Of a stretch of 64,000 bases of DNA, positions 52,536 to 62,643 are shown piece by piece. Origin of the DNA: an uncultured Verrucomicrobiae bacterium (GTDB taxonomy: Bacteria > Verrucomicrobiota > Verrucomicrobiia > Chthoniobacterales > UBA10450). The stretch is taken from NCBI GenBank assembly GCA_963815455.1, contig CAWFGO010000001.1:1248001-1312000 (forward strand). The letters are read 5' to 3'. Every line of letters begins with the position of its first letter. The first letter of the stretch is position 1. The notes under the pieces are model-generated. The model made no database searches. It saw only the letters and a program-made list of their open reading frames with translations, and had not been told where the DNA came from. The translations under genes were made by a program, and so were the position numbers.

Positions 52536-53753
52536 GTGTCATTCAATAATTTCGATCTTTCAGCCGAAGTCGTCCGCGGGACGCAGGCGATGGGCTTCAC
52601 CGAGCCGACGCCGATTCAGCTGCGCGCGTTTCCGATTATTCTTGGGGGCCGGGATTTGATCGGGACCGCCCAGACGGGTACGGGAAAGACCGCAGCATTC
52701 GCGCTGCCGATTCTAACTTTGCTGGCCAAGCACGGTGCGTTTCGCTGCCTTGTGCTCGAGCCGACCCGCGAGCTCGCCGCGCAGGTCGAGACGGCGTTTC
52801 GCGATTACGGACGCTTTACCGATCTGCGCGCGTCGGTTGTGCATGGCGGCGTCGGTTACGGCAAACAACGTGAGGAACTCAAACAAGGGGTCGATATTCT
52901 CGTCGCCACACCCGGCCGGCTGCTTGATCTGCTCGAACAGCGGACGATGGATTTGCGCCAGGTAAACGTTCTCGTGCTGGATGAAGTGGATCGGATGCTC
53001 GACATGGGATTTTTGCCCGACGTGCGCCGCATCGTTGAACAAATTTCGACGGATCGACAAACGCTTCTTTTCTCGGCGACTTTGCCACCGGAGATCGAAC
53101 GGCTGGCCGCATGGGTATTGCGCGAGCCTGAAATTGTAGAGATCGGTATCCGGCGTTCGCCCGCCGAGACCGTCACCCACGCGGTTTATCCGGTCGCCGC
53201 GGAGCAAAAGTTCGACCTCCTCATGGCTTTGCTGGAACGGACGAACTTCGACAGCGCCCTGATTTTTTCCCGAACCAAGCACGGAGCCGATCGCATCGCG
53301 CATCAGCTCAAGATTGGAAAACATTCGGTCGCTGTGTTGCATTCCAATCGCACCCAGCGGGAGCGAATCGAAGCGCTGGAAGGATTCAAGAGTGGCAAGT
53401 ACGAGGTGATGGTCGCGACCGACATTGCAGCGCGCGGACTCGATATCGCGGGCGTGAGCCATGTGATCAATTACGACGTGCCCGAGCATCCGGAAGATTA
53501 TGTGCATCGAATCGGCCGGACCGGCCGGGCTCAAAACGTCGGCGACGCATTTACCCTGATGAACGGTCAGGAAGTTGCCGCGCTGCAGGCAATCGAGCGC
53601 TTCATTGGGCGGAAAATTCCGCGTCTAAAGCTCGAGAACTTCCCCTATCTTTACACCGTGCTCTTCGAGCCGGAATCAGCCACCGGCGGCAAACGAGCTA
53701 TCGGCGGCGGCCGCACCCATCGCGGTTATTCCTTCGGGCGCCGGCGGCGCTGA
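52536..53753 (+). CDS. DEAD-box RNA helicase (RhlE-like)
   Basis: Q motif, AQTGTGKT, PTRELA, TPGRL, DEVD, SAT, HRIGRTGR. Confidence 0.95.
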   Translation: MSFNNFDLSAEVVRGTQAMGFTEPTPIQLRAFPIILGGRDLIGTAQTGTGKTAAFALPILTLLAKHGAFRCLVLEPTRELAAQVETAFRDYGRFTDLRASVVHGGVGYGKQREELKQGVDILVATPGRLLDLLEQRTMDLRQVNVLVLDEVDRMLDMGFLPDVRRIVEQISTDRQTLLFSATLPPEIERLAAWVLREPEIVEIGIRRSPAETVTHAVYPVAAEQKFDLLMALLERTNFDSALIFSRTKHGADRIAHQLKIGKHSVAVLHSNRTQRERIEALEGFKSGKYEVMVATDIAARGLDIAGVSHVINYDVPEHPEDYVHRIGRTGRAQNVGDAFTLMNGQEVAALQAIERFIGRKIPRLKLENFPYLYTVLFEPESATGGKRAIGGGRTHRGYSFGRRRR

Positions 53754-53773
53754 ATACCCCGAACAACCGGAGA

Positions 53774-54859
53774 CTAGTCGGCAAAGACCGGTTTTGCCCT
53801 GGGCACCGGAGACCGCTGCGCCGCCCGGCCGCGAGCGGCGACCGGTGCGCTTTCGCGCTTCAAATAGAGCGTGCGGTTGCCAAAATCGATAACGCCATGA
53901 TGCCGGTTCAAAATCTCGGCGCCGAGCAACCCGGCAACGGGCGGCGAACCGTTCAGTAACCGGCCGTGAATCAGTCCCTCCAGATCGACCACACCCACAT
54001 CTTTGCCGGCAAAATCGACCGAGCCGACCGACAATTTTCGGATGTGCGCCAATCGCACGCCCCGCTGTTTTAGATTAACCGCGGCGGAGCGGAACGGCGT
54101 TTGGCGCGTCGGGATCTTCATTCGCCTAACAAACGAGCGATGCAATAATGTGGCGAACGAGCCTGTGTCGACCATGAGCTTGGCCTTCGTGCCGTTAATG
54201 GAACCGTTGACATATAGATTGAATCCGTCGCTCACCTGGATCGGCACGGCCTGGAATCCGCGACCATCAAATGCCGGCGCTTTTTCAGCCACGTTCGGAT
54301 CGTTTTTCAGAAAGAGAACGCGCCGCTGACAATCGAGCACCGCGTTAGTTGGAAAAAGAATATCGGCGCCCAAAATCCCATCGATCTCCTGCTCGTCGCC
54401 GCGGCGGGACGACCGGGAGGTATTTCCGAGATCGACCAGAACCACTGGCTCATCCAATAGTTCGAGACTGCCAAGCCGGAACTTGCGCACGATACCTACA
54501 TTGTTGAAGGCACCATTGATTTGGACCTTCGACGGGAGGCTCGGATTGCCGCCAATCCCATTGACGCGAAAATGTGCGCGCCGATTTGCGGCAATCGCGC
54601 TGACCGGCGCGCCGCTATCCACCCCGAGCCAGGCCAGCTTGCCATTAATGTAGGCCCGCACAAGCAGGTGGTTCTGCCGAGAACGCGTCAGCGGCAGGGC
54701 ATCGAACTCTGCTGGGACAGCCCGTCGGGCATCGCGAGCCGACGATCTGGCGTTGACGGAAAACGGCGCGGCCAGCAGCAGGGCCGCAAGAACGACCGAG
54801 AACACCCTCTGCGCCAATAAACGCACCCTTGAAGAAATCACGAGCGCCAAGAATAGCAC
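53774..54859 (-). CDS. Secreted tandem-domain retropepsin-like aspartyl protease (start uncertain)
   Basis: Two lobes: VDSGA...GILGAD and VDTGS...GLLGAE. Confidence 0.85.
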   Translation of the reverse strand: MLFLALVISSRVRLLAQRVFSVVLAALLLAAPFSVNARSSARDARRAVPAEFDALPLTRSRQNHLLVRAYINGKLAWLGVDSGAPVSAIAANRRAHFRVNGIGGNPSLPSKVQINGAFNNVGIVRKFRLGSLELLDEPVVLVDLGNTSRSSRRGDEQEIDGILGADILFPTNAVLDCQRRVLFLKNDPNVAEKAPAFDGRGFQAVPIQVSDGFNLYVNGSINGTKAKLMVDTGSFATLLHRSFVRRMKIPTRQTPFRSAAVNLKQRGVRLAHIRKLSVGSVDFAGKDVGVVDLEGLIHGRLLNGSPPVAGLLGAEILNRHHGVIDFGNRTLYLKRESAPVAARGRAAQRSPVPRAKPVFAD

Positions 54860-54901
54860 AATTGGCCGAACCTGGAAGTTGTTTCGCTAGGCAATCCCGC
54901 C

Positions 54902-55033
54902 TCAGGCGGGTTTGTCGCGATCCGGGGACGAGTCGGCCGGCGGCGCACTGAGCAGCCGGGCATATGCCCAAATAACGGCGCCCCACACCAGCGCAAGCGA
55001 GCAGGACATGAAGAGCCAACCCCACGAGTTCAT
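54902..55033 (-). CDS. 43-aa single-TM small protein, MetS-like NSS transporter small subunit
   Basis: MNSWGWLFMSCSLALVWGAVIWAYARLLSAPPADSSPDRDKPA; ATGA overlap with the transporter stop. Confidence 0.75.
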   Translation of the reverse strand: MNSWGWLFMSCSLALVWGAVIWAYARLLSAPPADSSPDRDKPA

Positions 55034-56613
55034 GATCGAGATACTCCTTCCCGCGGGAGCTTGCCGTCAATATCCAATCCGGCCGCCCGCCAGCGCCGTT
55101 CTCCCACGAATAGCACCGCTACGAGCAGAACGACGACAAGAATAATGATAATCAGGGTCCCAAGGGCCACGGGGTCCGCACCGGTCTTGGCGAGGGCCGC
55201 ACCCAGATTCTGGTAAGAGAACCCCGCTAGCACGACCAGCAGATAAATCGGCGCCACCCATTTCATGACAAACAAAAAGAACCGCGGAATTTTCATCAGC
55301 GCACCCTGGTCAAGCTCGGCCGCGCCGGGGCCAAGTCCCCATACCCACCCGAAACAAATGATCTGCACCGTCGCGAGAACGAAGATGCAGAACGTGCCAA
55401 CCCAGAAATCCATCGTGTCAAGCGCGACGGTATTTTTGCTAAACCAGATTACCCAGAGCGAGCCGAAGCCGCATATGATCGACACCAGGGCGATCGCTTT
55501 GCCGGAACTCATCGCCAGCGCTTCCTCGAAAAAGGCCTTCACCGGTTGCAACATCGAGATCGAGCTCGTGATCGCGGCCAGAAACAAAAGGAAAAACCAG
55601 GCGAACCCGATCCAGCGGCCTATGAACCCCATTTGCTCGAACACCACTGGCAGCGTTTGAAAACCCAACCCGAAGCCGCCGGTGACACCACTGGCGCCCA
55701 GAAACACAAACGCGGCCGTGATTGTAATCAACCCGCCGAAGCCAACCTCGAAAAGTTCGTTGGTCGTACTGGCAGTGAACGCTGACAACGCGATATCGTC
55801 TTTCTTCTTCAGGTAGGATGCGTAGTTGAGAATCACTCCGAATCCGACCGATAAACTGAAGAAAATTTGTCCCGCCGCCGCGAGCCACGTGTCAAAATCG
55901 CTGAGCTTCGAGAAATCTGGGTTCCAGAGATAGCCGAGGCCGTTAAGAACATTTTGGTCCGGCTGCGCCGGATTCGGCGTTCCCAGTGTGAGCACGCGAA
56001 CAAGAACAATGACCGCCAGCACCGCCATTGCCGGTAGCGCGAATTGGCAAAATTTTTCGATGCCGCCGCGCAGGCCGCGATACACCAACGCGATATTGAT
56101 CACGACCACGATTAGCCAGAATACGGCGCTGATGTGGAATACGCCGTTCGAATTGGTGCCCGTCGTGTCACCAAAGAATTTCCCAGCCGCCTGGACTTGC
56201 TCGGGGATAGAGCCGCTAAGTTGGACGCCGCCGATGAGATAGTCCCAAGCGTATTCCAGGCACCAGGCCTCGATGTAAACATAGTACATGTAGACGACCA
56301 TCGGGATTAAGATCGACAAGACTCCAAAATACCGCGCCACCCGGCCACGGCCGGCCAAGCCAAGAATCGCCGGACCGCTATGGAAACCTTTCTCACCCCC
56401 GTAACGCGCCATCGCCCATTCCGCCCAGCCGATCGGCAGCGCCAGAAAAAGCAAAGCGCAGACATAAGGGATCATGAACGCGCCGCCGCCGTGCGCGGTC
56501 GCCTGGGCGGGAAAGCGCAAAAAATTTCCCAGGCCAACCGCCGAACCGGAAACCGCCAGGATCACGCCGACCCGCGTGCCCCACTCCATCGATTTCTTTT
56601 GGGGACCGTTCAT
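55030..56613 (-). CDS. Sodium-dependent transporter, NSS/SNF family
   Basis: GSAVGLGNFLRFP, GGGAFMIPY, GGIEK, AAGQIFFSLSVGFG, AAITSSISM. Confidence 0.95.
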   Translation of the reverse strand: MNGPQKKSMEWGTRVGVILAVSGSAVGLGNFLRFPAQATAHGGGAFMIPYVCALLFLALPIGWAEWAMARYGGEKGFHSGPAILGLAGRGRVARYFGVLSILIPMVVYMYYVYIEAWCLEYAWDYLIGGVQLSGSIPEQVQAAGKFFGDTTGTNSNGVFHISAVFWLIVVVINIALVYRGLRGGIEKFCQFALPAMAVLAVIVLVRVLTLGTPNPAQPDQNVLNGLGYLWNPDFSKLSDFDTWLAAAGQIFFSLSVGFGVILNYASYLKKKDDIALSAFTASTTNELFEVGFGGLITITAAFVFLGASGVTGGFGLGFQTLPVVFEQMGFIGRWIGFAWFFLLFLAAITSSISMLQPVKAFFEEALAMSSGKAIALVSIICGFGSLWVIWFSKNTVALDTMDFWVGTFCIFVLATVQIICFGWVWGLGPGAAELDQGALMKIPRFFLFVMKWVAPIYLLVVLAGFSYQNLGAALAKTGADPVALGTLIIIILVVVLLVAVLFVGERRWRAAGLDIDGKLPREGVSRS

Positions 56614-56771
56614 GCGGAAAGGTTTTTCATGCGCGTTGTGTTTAGCGAGGACGCGTGCGGGTTGGCAAGAACCTTTTGCCGACGCCAGCAAGATTCATTC
56701 GAGCCCGTTTTCAACGAATGTTCCACATCGAGATCGAGAAATGCCCTGCGGCCGACACGGCCGCCTCTGCA

Positions 56772-57551
56772 CTACCAGCTGCTGGGGCTAAACCCGCGTG
56801 ATGGACTGCTCGATCCAAAACCGAGGATCGCTTCGGTGCGTTTGCGCAGCGCGGCTTCCTTCGCTCCTCCCGGGAAGGCGCGCCGCGCCGATTTCATTTC
56901 ATCCGACGAAAGGTTCATGGCGTTCAAGAGTTCCATCTCTTCGGGGCTCAACAGGGCCCGGTCCTCATCGGTCAACGATCGTTTCTGCAAGCGCGAAACG
57001 ATTTCGGTGAGGGCGTCGCCATTGGAAGCCCGGAAGAGATCGATCAGGCGTTGAAAACTCAGATGAATCGGGAGCGTAGCAAGATCGACATTGAGGTTTT
57101 CCGACACCCGATCGGATGGCATCGACACAGGCTCGCAGCTCGCTACGGAATTCCATACCGCCTCGGGTTGGAAATACCCGATTTCGACCCGATACGGGCC
57201 ATGAGTCGGGGAAACCGTGAGATAAGAATTACCCGCCATCGGCTCGGCTGCCGCGCTCGCTTCGTCACCGCCCCCCTCGCGAATCACCCGGAGATGCACT
57301 TGTCGATCCAGCGGCGATGACTTCTGGAAAATCGACGGCCAATCGATCTCCCAGTACGCGAAGATCGTCCGCGGATCGCGGGCGATGGCAAACAAAAGCG
57401 GCGGACCCTGAACATGAGGAAGGCCCAGGGACTCACTGAAATCGCGCATGGCCTCGGCGTCATCGAATGTTGCGATCGGGCCATTGCGAATGCGAAAACC
57501 GTCGCCGGTTTTCGATCTTCGGGCGCGCCGTTGCGAATTTTTGACAGCCAT
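56772..57551 (-). CDS. DUF4912 domain protein
   Basis: LP......LFAIARDPRTIFAYWEI, YRVEIGY, C-terminal SS..SSW. Confidence 0.8.
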   Translation of the reverse strand: MAVKNSQRRARRSKTGDGFRIRNGPIATFDDAEAMRDFSESLGLPHVQGPPLLFAIARDPRTIFAYWEIDWPSIFQKSSPLDRQVHLRVIREGGGDEASAAAEPMAGNSYLTVSPTHGPYRVEIGYFQPEAVWNSVASCEPVSMPSDRVSENLNVDLATLPIHLSFQRLIDLFRASNGDALTEIVSRLQKRSLTDEDRALLSPEEMELLNAMNLSSDEMKSARRAFPGGAKEAALRKRTEAILGFGSSSPSRGFSPSSW

Positions 57552-57647
57552 ATGATGTAGGGACAACAGACAATCCAAAACTCGAAATGCAAAATTAAAA
57601 ATTTCAGTCTGCTTCGTCGCACGCTACGTTTTTCAAGGAAGCAAAGA

Positions 57648-58133
57648 ATGAGCGCGAAGATCACCGATATCGATGAACTAGCTAAGCGGGCAAGAGAATT
57701 ACGTGCGGCCGGAAAGAAGCTCGTCGTTACCAACGGATGCTTTGATCTCTTGCATGTGGGTCACGTGCGCTATTTGCAGGCGGCACGCGCGCTCGGGGAT
57801 GCTTTGGCGGTGGGCTTGAACGACGACCCTTCTGTTCGCGAGCTAAAGGGGGCTAGTCGTCCGGTGAACAAGGCGCAAGACCGAGCGGAAGTGCTGGCAG
57901 CACTCGCCTGCGTGAATTTTGTAACGATCTTTGCTGGTCCGCGGGCAACGCGATTTATCTCCGCGGCGGAACCTGCGATTTACGTCAAGGGTGGCGATTA
58001 TACCCCCGAAACTCTGAACGCCGAGGAGCGCGCAATGTTGAAAAAAATCGGCGCGGAGATCCGGATTATTCCGTTCGAGAAAGGCTACTCGACGTCGAAG
58101 CTGATTGAACAGTTGGGCAAGATCGACAAGTGA
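57648..58133 (+). CDS. Cytidylyl/adenylyltransferase, RfaE domain II (HldC)-like
   Basis: TNGCFDLLHVGHVRYL..AR, VGLN.D.SV..LKG..RP, VKGGDY, STS. Confidence 0.92.
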   Translation: MSAKITDIDELAKRARELRAAGKKLVVTNGCFDLLHVGHVRYLQAARALGDALAVGLNDDPSVRELKGASRPVNKAQDRAEVLAALACVNFVTIFAGPRATRFISAAEPAIYVKGGDYTPETLNAEERAMLKKIGAEIRIIPFEKGYSTSKLIEQLGKIDK

Positions 58134-58720
58134 AACCATTGCCAATCGGAATTCTGGGCTCGGGCAAGGGATCCAACTGCCGCGCGATTCTGGAACGGAT
58201 TCGTTCGGGCGATTTGCCGGCCGAAGCGCGCGTGGTGATTTCCGATGTGCTGAACGCGCCGATCCTCGACATCGCCCGGGAATTCTCGATTCCAAATGCA
58301 TATCTCTCACCCGGGGAATTTCGCACCCGGCTCGAGCCGCAAGCCGAGGTCGAACTGGTGAGGATGTTGTGTGACGCCGCTGTCGAGCTGGTGGTCCTCG
58401 CTGGATTCATGCGCGTATTGAAGACGCCAATGCTCGAAGCGTTTCCCCGGCGAATCATAAATATTCATCCATCTCTATTGCCAAAGTTTCCCGGGCTCGA
58501 ATCGTGGAAACAGGCATTGGCCGCCGGGGAAAAAGTGACGGGATGCACAGTTCATCATGTCGATGCTCAAATCGATCACGGCGAGATCCTCGGGCAGCGC
58601 GAGGTGCCGATCTTGCCCAACGATACGCCGGAAAGCCTGCACGCCCGCATCCAAATCGCCGAGCGCGAGCTTTATCCAGCAGTAATCGGCGATCTTTGTC
58701 GCAAATTTTCGGACGACTAG
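58130..58720 (+). CDS. purN: Phosphoribosylglycinamide formyltransferase
   Basis: SGKGSN, LAGFMRVL, INIHPSLLPKFPG, GCTVH.V...D.G.I. Confidence 0.96.
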   Translation: MKPLPIGILGSGKGSNCRAILERIRSGDLPAEARVVISDVLNAPILDIAREFSIPNAYLSPGEFRTRLEPQAEVELVRMLCDAAVELVVLAGFMRVLKTPMLEAFPRRIINIHPSLLPKFPGLESWKQALAAGEKVTGCTVHHVDAQIDHGEILGQREVPILPNDTPESLHARIQIAERELYPAVIGDLCRKFSDD

Positions 58721-59718
58721 ACCTGCTCGGATTTTTGTTCGCGGTTGAGCAGCTCCTCCAGCGCCGCGGTCGGCTTTTTTCCTTGATAAAGCATGGCGTA
58801 AACCTGATCGATGATCGGCGTGTCGATCTTCAATCGTCGCGCGCATTCATGAGCGCTGCGCGTGGTGGAAATCCCTTCGGCCACCATGTTCATCGATGCC
58901 GTAATTTCGGCGAGGACTTCTCCCCGACCCAGGCGCTTGCCCACGGTGTGATTGCGACTGCTCTCGCTGTAACATGTCACGATTAAATCGCCGGCGCCGC
59001 TCAAACCATAGAATGCAGCGGTGCTACCACCCATTGCCGTTCCAAGCCGGACCAACTCGGTCAACGAGCGCGTCACCAGCGCCGCCTTGGAATTATTTCC
59101 CAGGCCAAGGCCATCGCTGATGCCTGCGGCGAGGGCAAAAACGTTTTTTAGCGCGCCGCCCAGTTCGATGGCGGTGACTTCCTGGCTGGTGTAAATCCGA
59201 AACCGCGAACTACCGAGATAGGCTTGAAGGCCAGTGGCGCAATCCGAATCACGGCAACCGATGACAGTCGCAGTAGGTAGATTCTGGGCGACTTCAGCAG
59301 CAAGATTCGGCCCCGACAAGACGGCAACTTTATGTTCGGGAAAGATTTCGCCGAGAATTTCACTCATTCGCATCCCGCTGCCGTGCTCTATCCCCTTGGT
59401 GCAGCTTAGAAACGTCGGGCGGTCGCTGCCGGCGGCTTCCCGCAAGCGCATTGCGATCTCCCGCAATGCCGTTGAAGGCATAACAAATACGATCAGGTCG
59501 GCGTTGGCGCAGTCGCGCAGGTCGGAGGTGATATGCACCGACTCGGGCAATTTCAGTCCAGGAATGTAATCGCTGTTCTCGCGCATTTTTTGTATCCGCG
59601 CGACGCGATCGGCGTTGTGCCCCCAAAGCGAAATTGATCGCCTGTCTTTTCCCCACAAGGCGGCCAGGGCCGTGCCCCAACTGCCTGCACCCAGAATTGC
59701 GGTTTTGTCGATCTTCAC
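58717..59718 (-). CDS. gpsA: NAD(P)H-dependent glycerol-3-phosphate dehydrogenase
   Basis: GAGSWGTALA, TKGIE, LSGPNLA.EV, GGALKNV, G.GDL..TC...SRN. Confidence 0.96.
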   Translation of the reverse strand: MKIDKTAILGAGSWGTALAALWGKDRRSISLWGHNADRVARIQKMRENSDYIPGLKLPESVHITSDLRDCANADLIVFVMPSTALREIAMRLREAAGSDRPTFLSCTKGIEHGSGMRMSEILGEIFPEHKVAVLSGPNLAAEVAQNLPTATVIGCRDSDCATGLQAYLGSSRFRIYTSQEVTAIELGGALKNVFALAAGISDGLGLGNNSKAALVTRSLTELVRLGTAMGGSTAAFYGLSGAGDLIVTCYSESSRNHTVGKRLGRGEVLAEITASMNMVAEGISTTRSAHECARRLKIDTPIIDQVYAMLYQGKKPTAALEELLNREQKSEQV

Positions 59719-60350
59719 TTGCGATCAAAGCGTGGCTCGTTACCGCGAACGAGGCGAGAGAGATTCGATCGATGTCGCAAGATCACCAACGCGGCAAGAC
59801 ATAGCGAGAAGTAGAAAAGCGCGCCGTTGGAGGAATCGATTTGGTCGGTCATAATGACGATGACGATCGGCAGCACAATGGCCGCCGCCATCGATGCGAC
59901 CGAGACATATCGCGTGAGGTAGAAGACTACGATCCAAATCACCGCGCCAATCACGGCGACAAGCGGCATTAATCCGAAAAGCGCGCCGGCCGAAGTCGCG
60001 ACACCCTTTCCGCCTTTGAACTTCAGCCAGATTGGAAACGAATGTCCGATCACGCACGCGACCGCGCCAATGATTCCGAATAACTCGATAGGCGCGGATG
60101 CCGGTTGGGCGAGCCGGCCGATTAGGATTGAGATCGTTACCGCTAGCAAACCTTTCAAAAAATCCACAGCGAATACCGGATAGCCGAATCGTTTGCCCAA
60201 AACACGGGTCACGTTCGTCGCGCCAATATTGCCGCTGCCCGCTGTCCGGATATCGATCCCCGCGATCCGACCCGCCAGATAACCGGCTGGAATCGAGCCG
60301 AGCAGATAACCTCCAATCGCGATAATGACAAAAAAAATCACTGAGAACAT
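59715..60350 (-). CDS. plsY: Glycerol-3-phosphate 1-O-acyltransferase
   Basis: YLLGSIP, GSGNIGATN..R, GH.FP...FKGGKGVAT, RH.SN. Confidence 0.96.
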   Translation of the reverse strand: MFSVIFFVIIAIGGYLLGSIPAGYLAGRIAGIDIRTAGSGNIGATNVTRVLGKRFGYPVFAVDFLKGLLAVTISILIGRLAQPASAPIELFGIIGAVACVIGHSFPIWLKFKGGKGVATSAGALFGLMPLVAVIGAVIWIVVFYLTRYVSVASMAAAIVLPIVIVIMTDQIDSSNGALFYFSLCLAALVILRHRSNLSRLVRGNEPRFDRK

Positions 60351-60353
60351 TTG

Positions 60354-62225
60354 TTATCCTACGCCAGTTAAGTTGCTCTTAGTCAACCAGATAGAGATTA
60401 TGGCCAAATCCGCTGGCGTTATCCCGCTGATCCGGGCAGCCTGGCCTAACGACGATGGCCGTATGGCGCTGAGCTTTTGCCTCGTTTCCGAGCGTAACCC
60501 GGCAATTTCTCCGTAATCGAGCTCGGCGGGTATGGGCTGCTCTTTCCGTCGAGCGAGTCGCCGATTCAATTCCGACTGGCGCGATGCATATCCCTCATAT
60601 TTGAAATCAGTTTCGACCAGCTCCCATAATTCCTTGGGTGCAATAGAAACGATCTCGACCGGCAAATCCTTGGTCGTAAAATCCGGTCGTTTGAACAATT
60701 GTGAGATCCGAGCGCCTCCGATTGCGGTTTCGATTGCGATCTTTCTGGCCTCGTCAAGCAAACGTAGCTTTTCCTTGAAACCAGCCCAGCGCTGCTGGCT
60801 AATCAAGCCGGCCTCAAAAGCGCGCTTGGTCAAACGTTGATCGGCGTTGTCCTGCCGAAGGTGCAATCGGTCCTCGGCCCTGCTGGTAAACATTCGATAC
60901 GGTTCTTCAGTTCCTTTGGTGACAACATCGTCAATGAGAACGCCAATGTATGCCTCGCTACGCTCCAACAAAAACGGGGGGCGATCCTGGACATTCAACG
61001 CCGCGTTCGCACCGGCGATCAATCCCTGTGCCGCGGCCTCCTCATATCCCGAGGTTCCATTGACTTGGCCGGCAAAATAAAGGCCGCCGACCAACTTTGT
61101 TTCCAGAGTCGGGAAAAGCTGCGTCGGCGGGAAATAGTCGTATTCCACCGCATATCCCGGGCGCATGATCTCGGCGCGCTCCAAGGCTGGAATCGAGCGC
61201 ACAAACTCCAGCTGAACATCATAGGGCAAACTGGTCGAGATTCCGTTGACGTAATACTCTTCTGTGTGGCGGCCCTCCGGCTCAAGGAAGAGTTGATGGG
61301 ACGTTTTATCGGAGAACTTTACGATCTTATCCTCTATCGAGGGACAATAACGCGGGCCTGTTCCCTTGATCCGGCCTGCGTAGAGCGGGGACCGGTGGAG
61401 ATTAGCCCGGATGATTTCGTGAGTCTCCGGGACCGTGTACGTAATCCAGCAGGGCATTTGTTCCACATGGAACTCGCCCTTTTGATTGAAATTCAGAGTA
61501 AAGAGGCCCTCTGGGCCTTCCGCGACCAGGCCGTCATGGAATGCGAACCGCGGAGGTGGCTCGTCTCCGACTTGGATGTCGCACCGGGAAAAGTCGATCG
61601 ACCGCCCGTTGAGTCGGCATGGAGTGCCGGTCTTGAAACGGCCTATTTCGAAACCCAATCCCCGAAGACTCTCGCTTAGCCCGGAGCTGGAGTCGGCCAT
61701 CCGGCCACCCGATTTACTGTTCTCGCCGACATGCAAAAGCCCCCGCAAGAATGTGCCTGACGTGACGACGACACTGCGCGTAACGATCCGAACTCCAATG
61801 TCCGTTTCCACGCCAACCGCACGTCCATTCTCTACAAGCACCCTTGAAACGGTGGCCTGCTTGACATCCAGGTTCTCGGTCCGCTCAAGAACCGCCTTCA
61901 TCCGGAATTGATATGCCTTCTTGTCGCATTGAACTCGCGGTGCCCGAACCGACGGACCCTTGGTCCGGTTGAGCATCCGAAACTGGATCCCGGTGGCATC
62001 GGCATTAAGTCCCATCGCTCCACCCAGCGCGTCGATTTCACGAACGATATGTCCCTTGGCTAATCCGCCGATAGCCGGATTGCATGACATCTGACCAATC
62101 GTGTCGAGATTTTGCGTCAACATCAACGTTCGGCAGCCAATTCGCGCGGCTGCCAGGGCCGCTTCGATTCCGGCGTGGCCGCTTCCGACCACCACCACGT
62201 CGTATTCTGTCGGCAGCGTGAACAT
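60354..62225 (-). CDS. mnmG: tRNA uridine-5-carboxymethylaminomethyl modification enzyme MnmG (GidA)
   Basis: [51 protein letters not shown]. Confidence 0.98.
   Translation of the reverse strand: MFTLPTEYDVVVVGSGHAGIEAALAAARIGCRTLMLTQNLDTIGQMSCNPAIGGLAKGHIVREIDALGGAMGLNADATGIQFRMLNRTKGPSVRAPRVQCDKKAYQFRMKAVLERTENLDVKQATVSRVLVENGRAVGVETDIGVRIVTRSVVVTSGTFLRGLLHVGENSKSGGRMADSSSGLSESLRGLGFEIGRFKTGTPCRLNGRSIDFSRCDIQVGDEPPPRFAFHDGLVAEGPEGLFTLNFNQKGEFHVEQMPCWITYTVPETHEIIRANLHRSPLYAGRIKGTGPRYCPSIEDKIVKFSDKTSHQLFLEPEGRHTEEYYVNGISTSLPYDVQLEFVRSIPALERAEIMRPGYAVEYDYFPPTQLFPTLETKLVGGLYFAGQVNGTSGYEEAAAQGLIAGANAALNVQDRPPFLLERSEAYIGVLIDDVVTKGTEEPYRMFTSRAEDRLHLRQDNADQRLTKRAFEAGLISQQRWAGFKEKLRLLDEARKIAIETAIGGARISQLFKRPDFTTKDLPVEIVSIAPKELWELVETDFKYEGYASRQSELNRRLARRKEQPIPAELDYGEIAGLRSETRQKLSAIRPSSLGQAARISGITPADLAIISIWLTKSNLTGVG
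61459..61474. promoter_or_regulatory. parS-like palindrome inside mnmG
   Basis: TGTTCCACATGGAACT, 14/16 match to TGTTCCACGTGGAACA; encodes FHVEQ. Confidence 0.6.
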
Positions 62226-62226
62226 C

Positions 62227-62622
62227 CTAGCCCGCTCCCAAAATCAGTCGATTGGCGTGCGGCAGCAGATCGGAAAGCAATGTGGTTTCGGTGCGCCCAT
62301 CCATTGTCGATGCAATTACTTCGAGATCGGGATTAAACTCCGCCAGCACTTGTCGGCAAGCCCCGCATGGGAATACCGGTTCTCCAAAATCGGTGACCAC
62401 CGCCACCGCCACAAATTCCCTCTCCCCGTCCCCGACGGCCGAAGCCAGGGCGGTGCGCTCCGCGCAAATGGTTAGGCCGAGCGAGGCATTTTCGATGTTG
62501 CAGCCGGTAAAGACCTTGCCCGACTTGGTTAACAACGCCGCGCCTACGGCAAATTTGGAATACGGAGCGTAAGCCCGTTCCCGCGCCTTTGTGGCCGTCT
62601 CGACCAGCTGTTTGTGTTCCAT
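62227..62622 (-). CDS. cdd: Cytidine deaminase (homotetrameric type)
   Basis: [31 protein letters not shown]. Confidence 0.96.
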   Translation of the reverse strand: MEHKQLVETATKARERAYAPYSKFAVGAALLTKSGKVFTGCNIENASLGLTICAERTALASAVGDGEREFVAVAVVTDFGEPVFPCGACRQVLAEFNPDLEVIASTMDGRTETTLLSDLLPHANRLILGAG

Positions 62623-62643
62623 AAGCTACTCGTGTTATGTATG

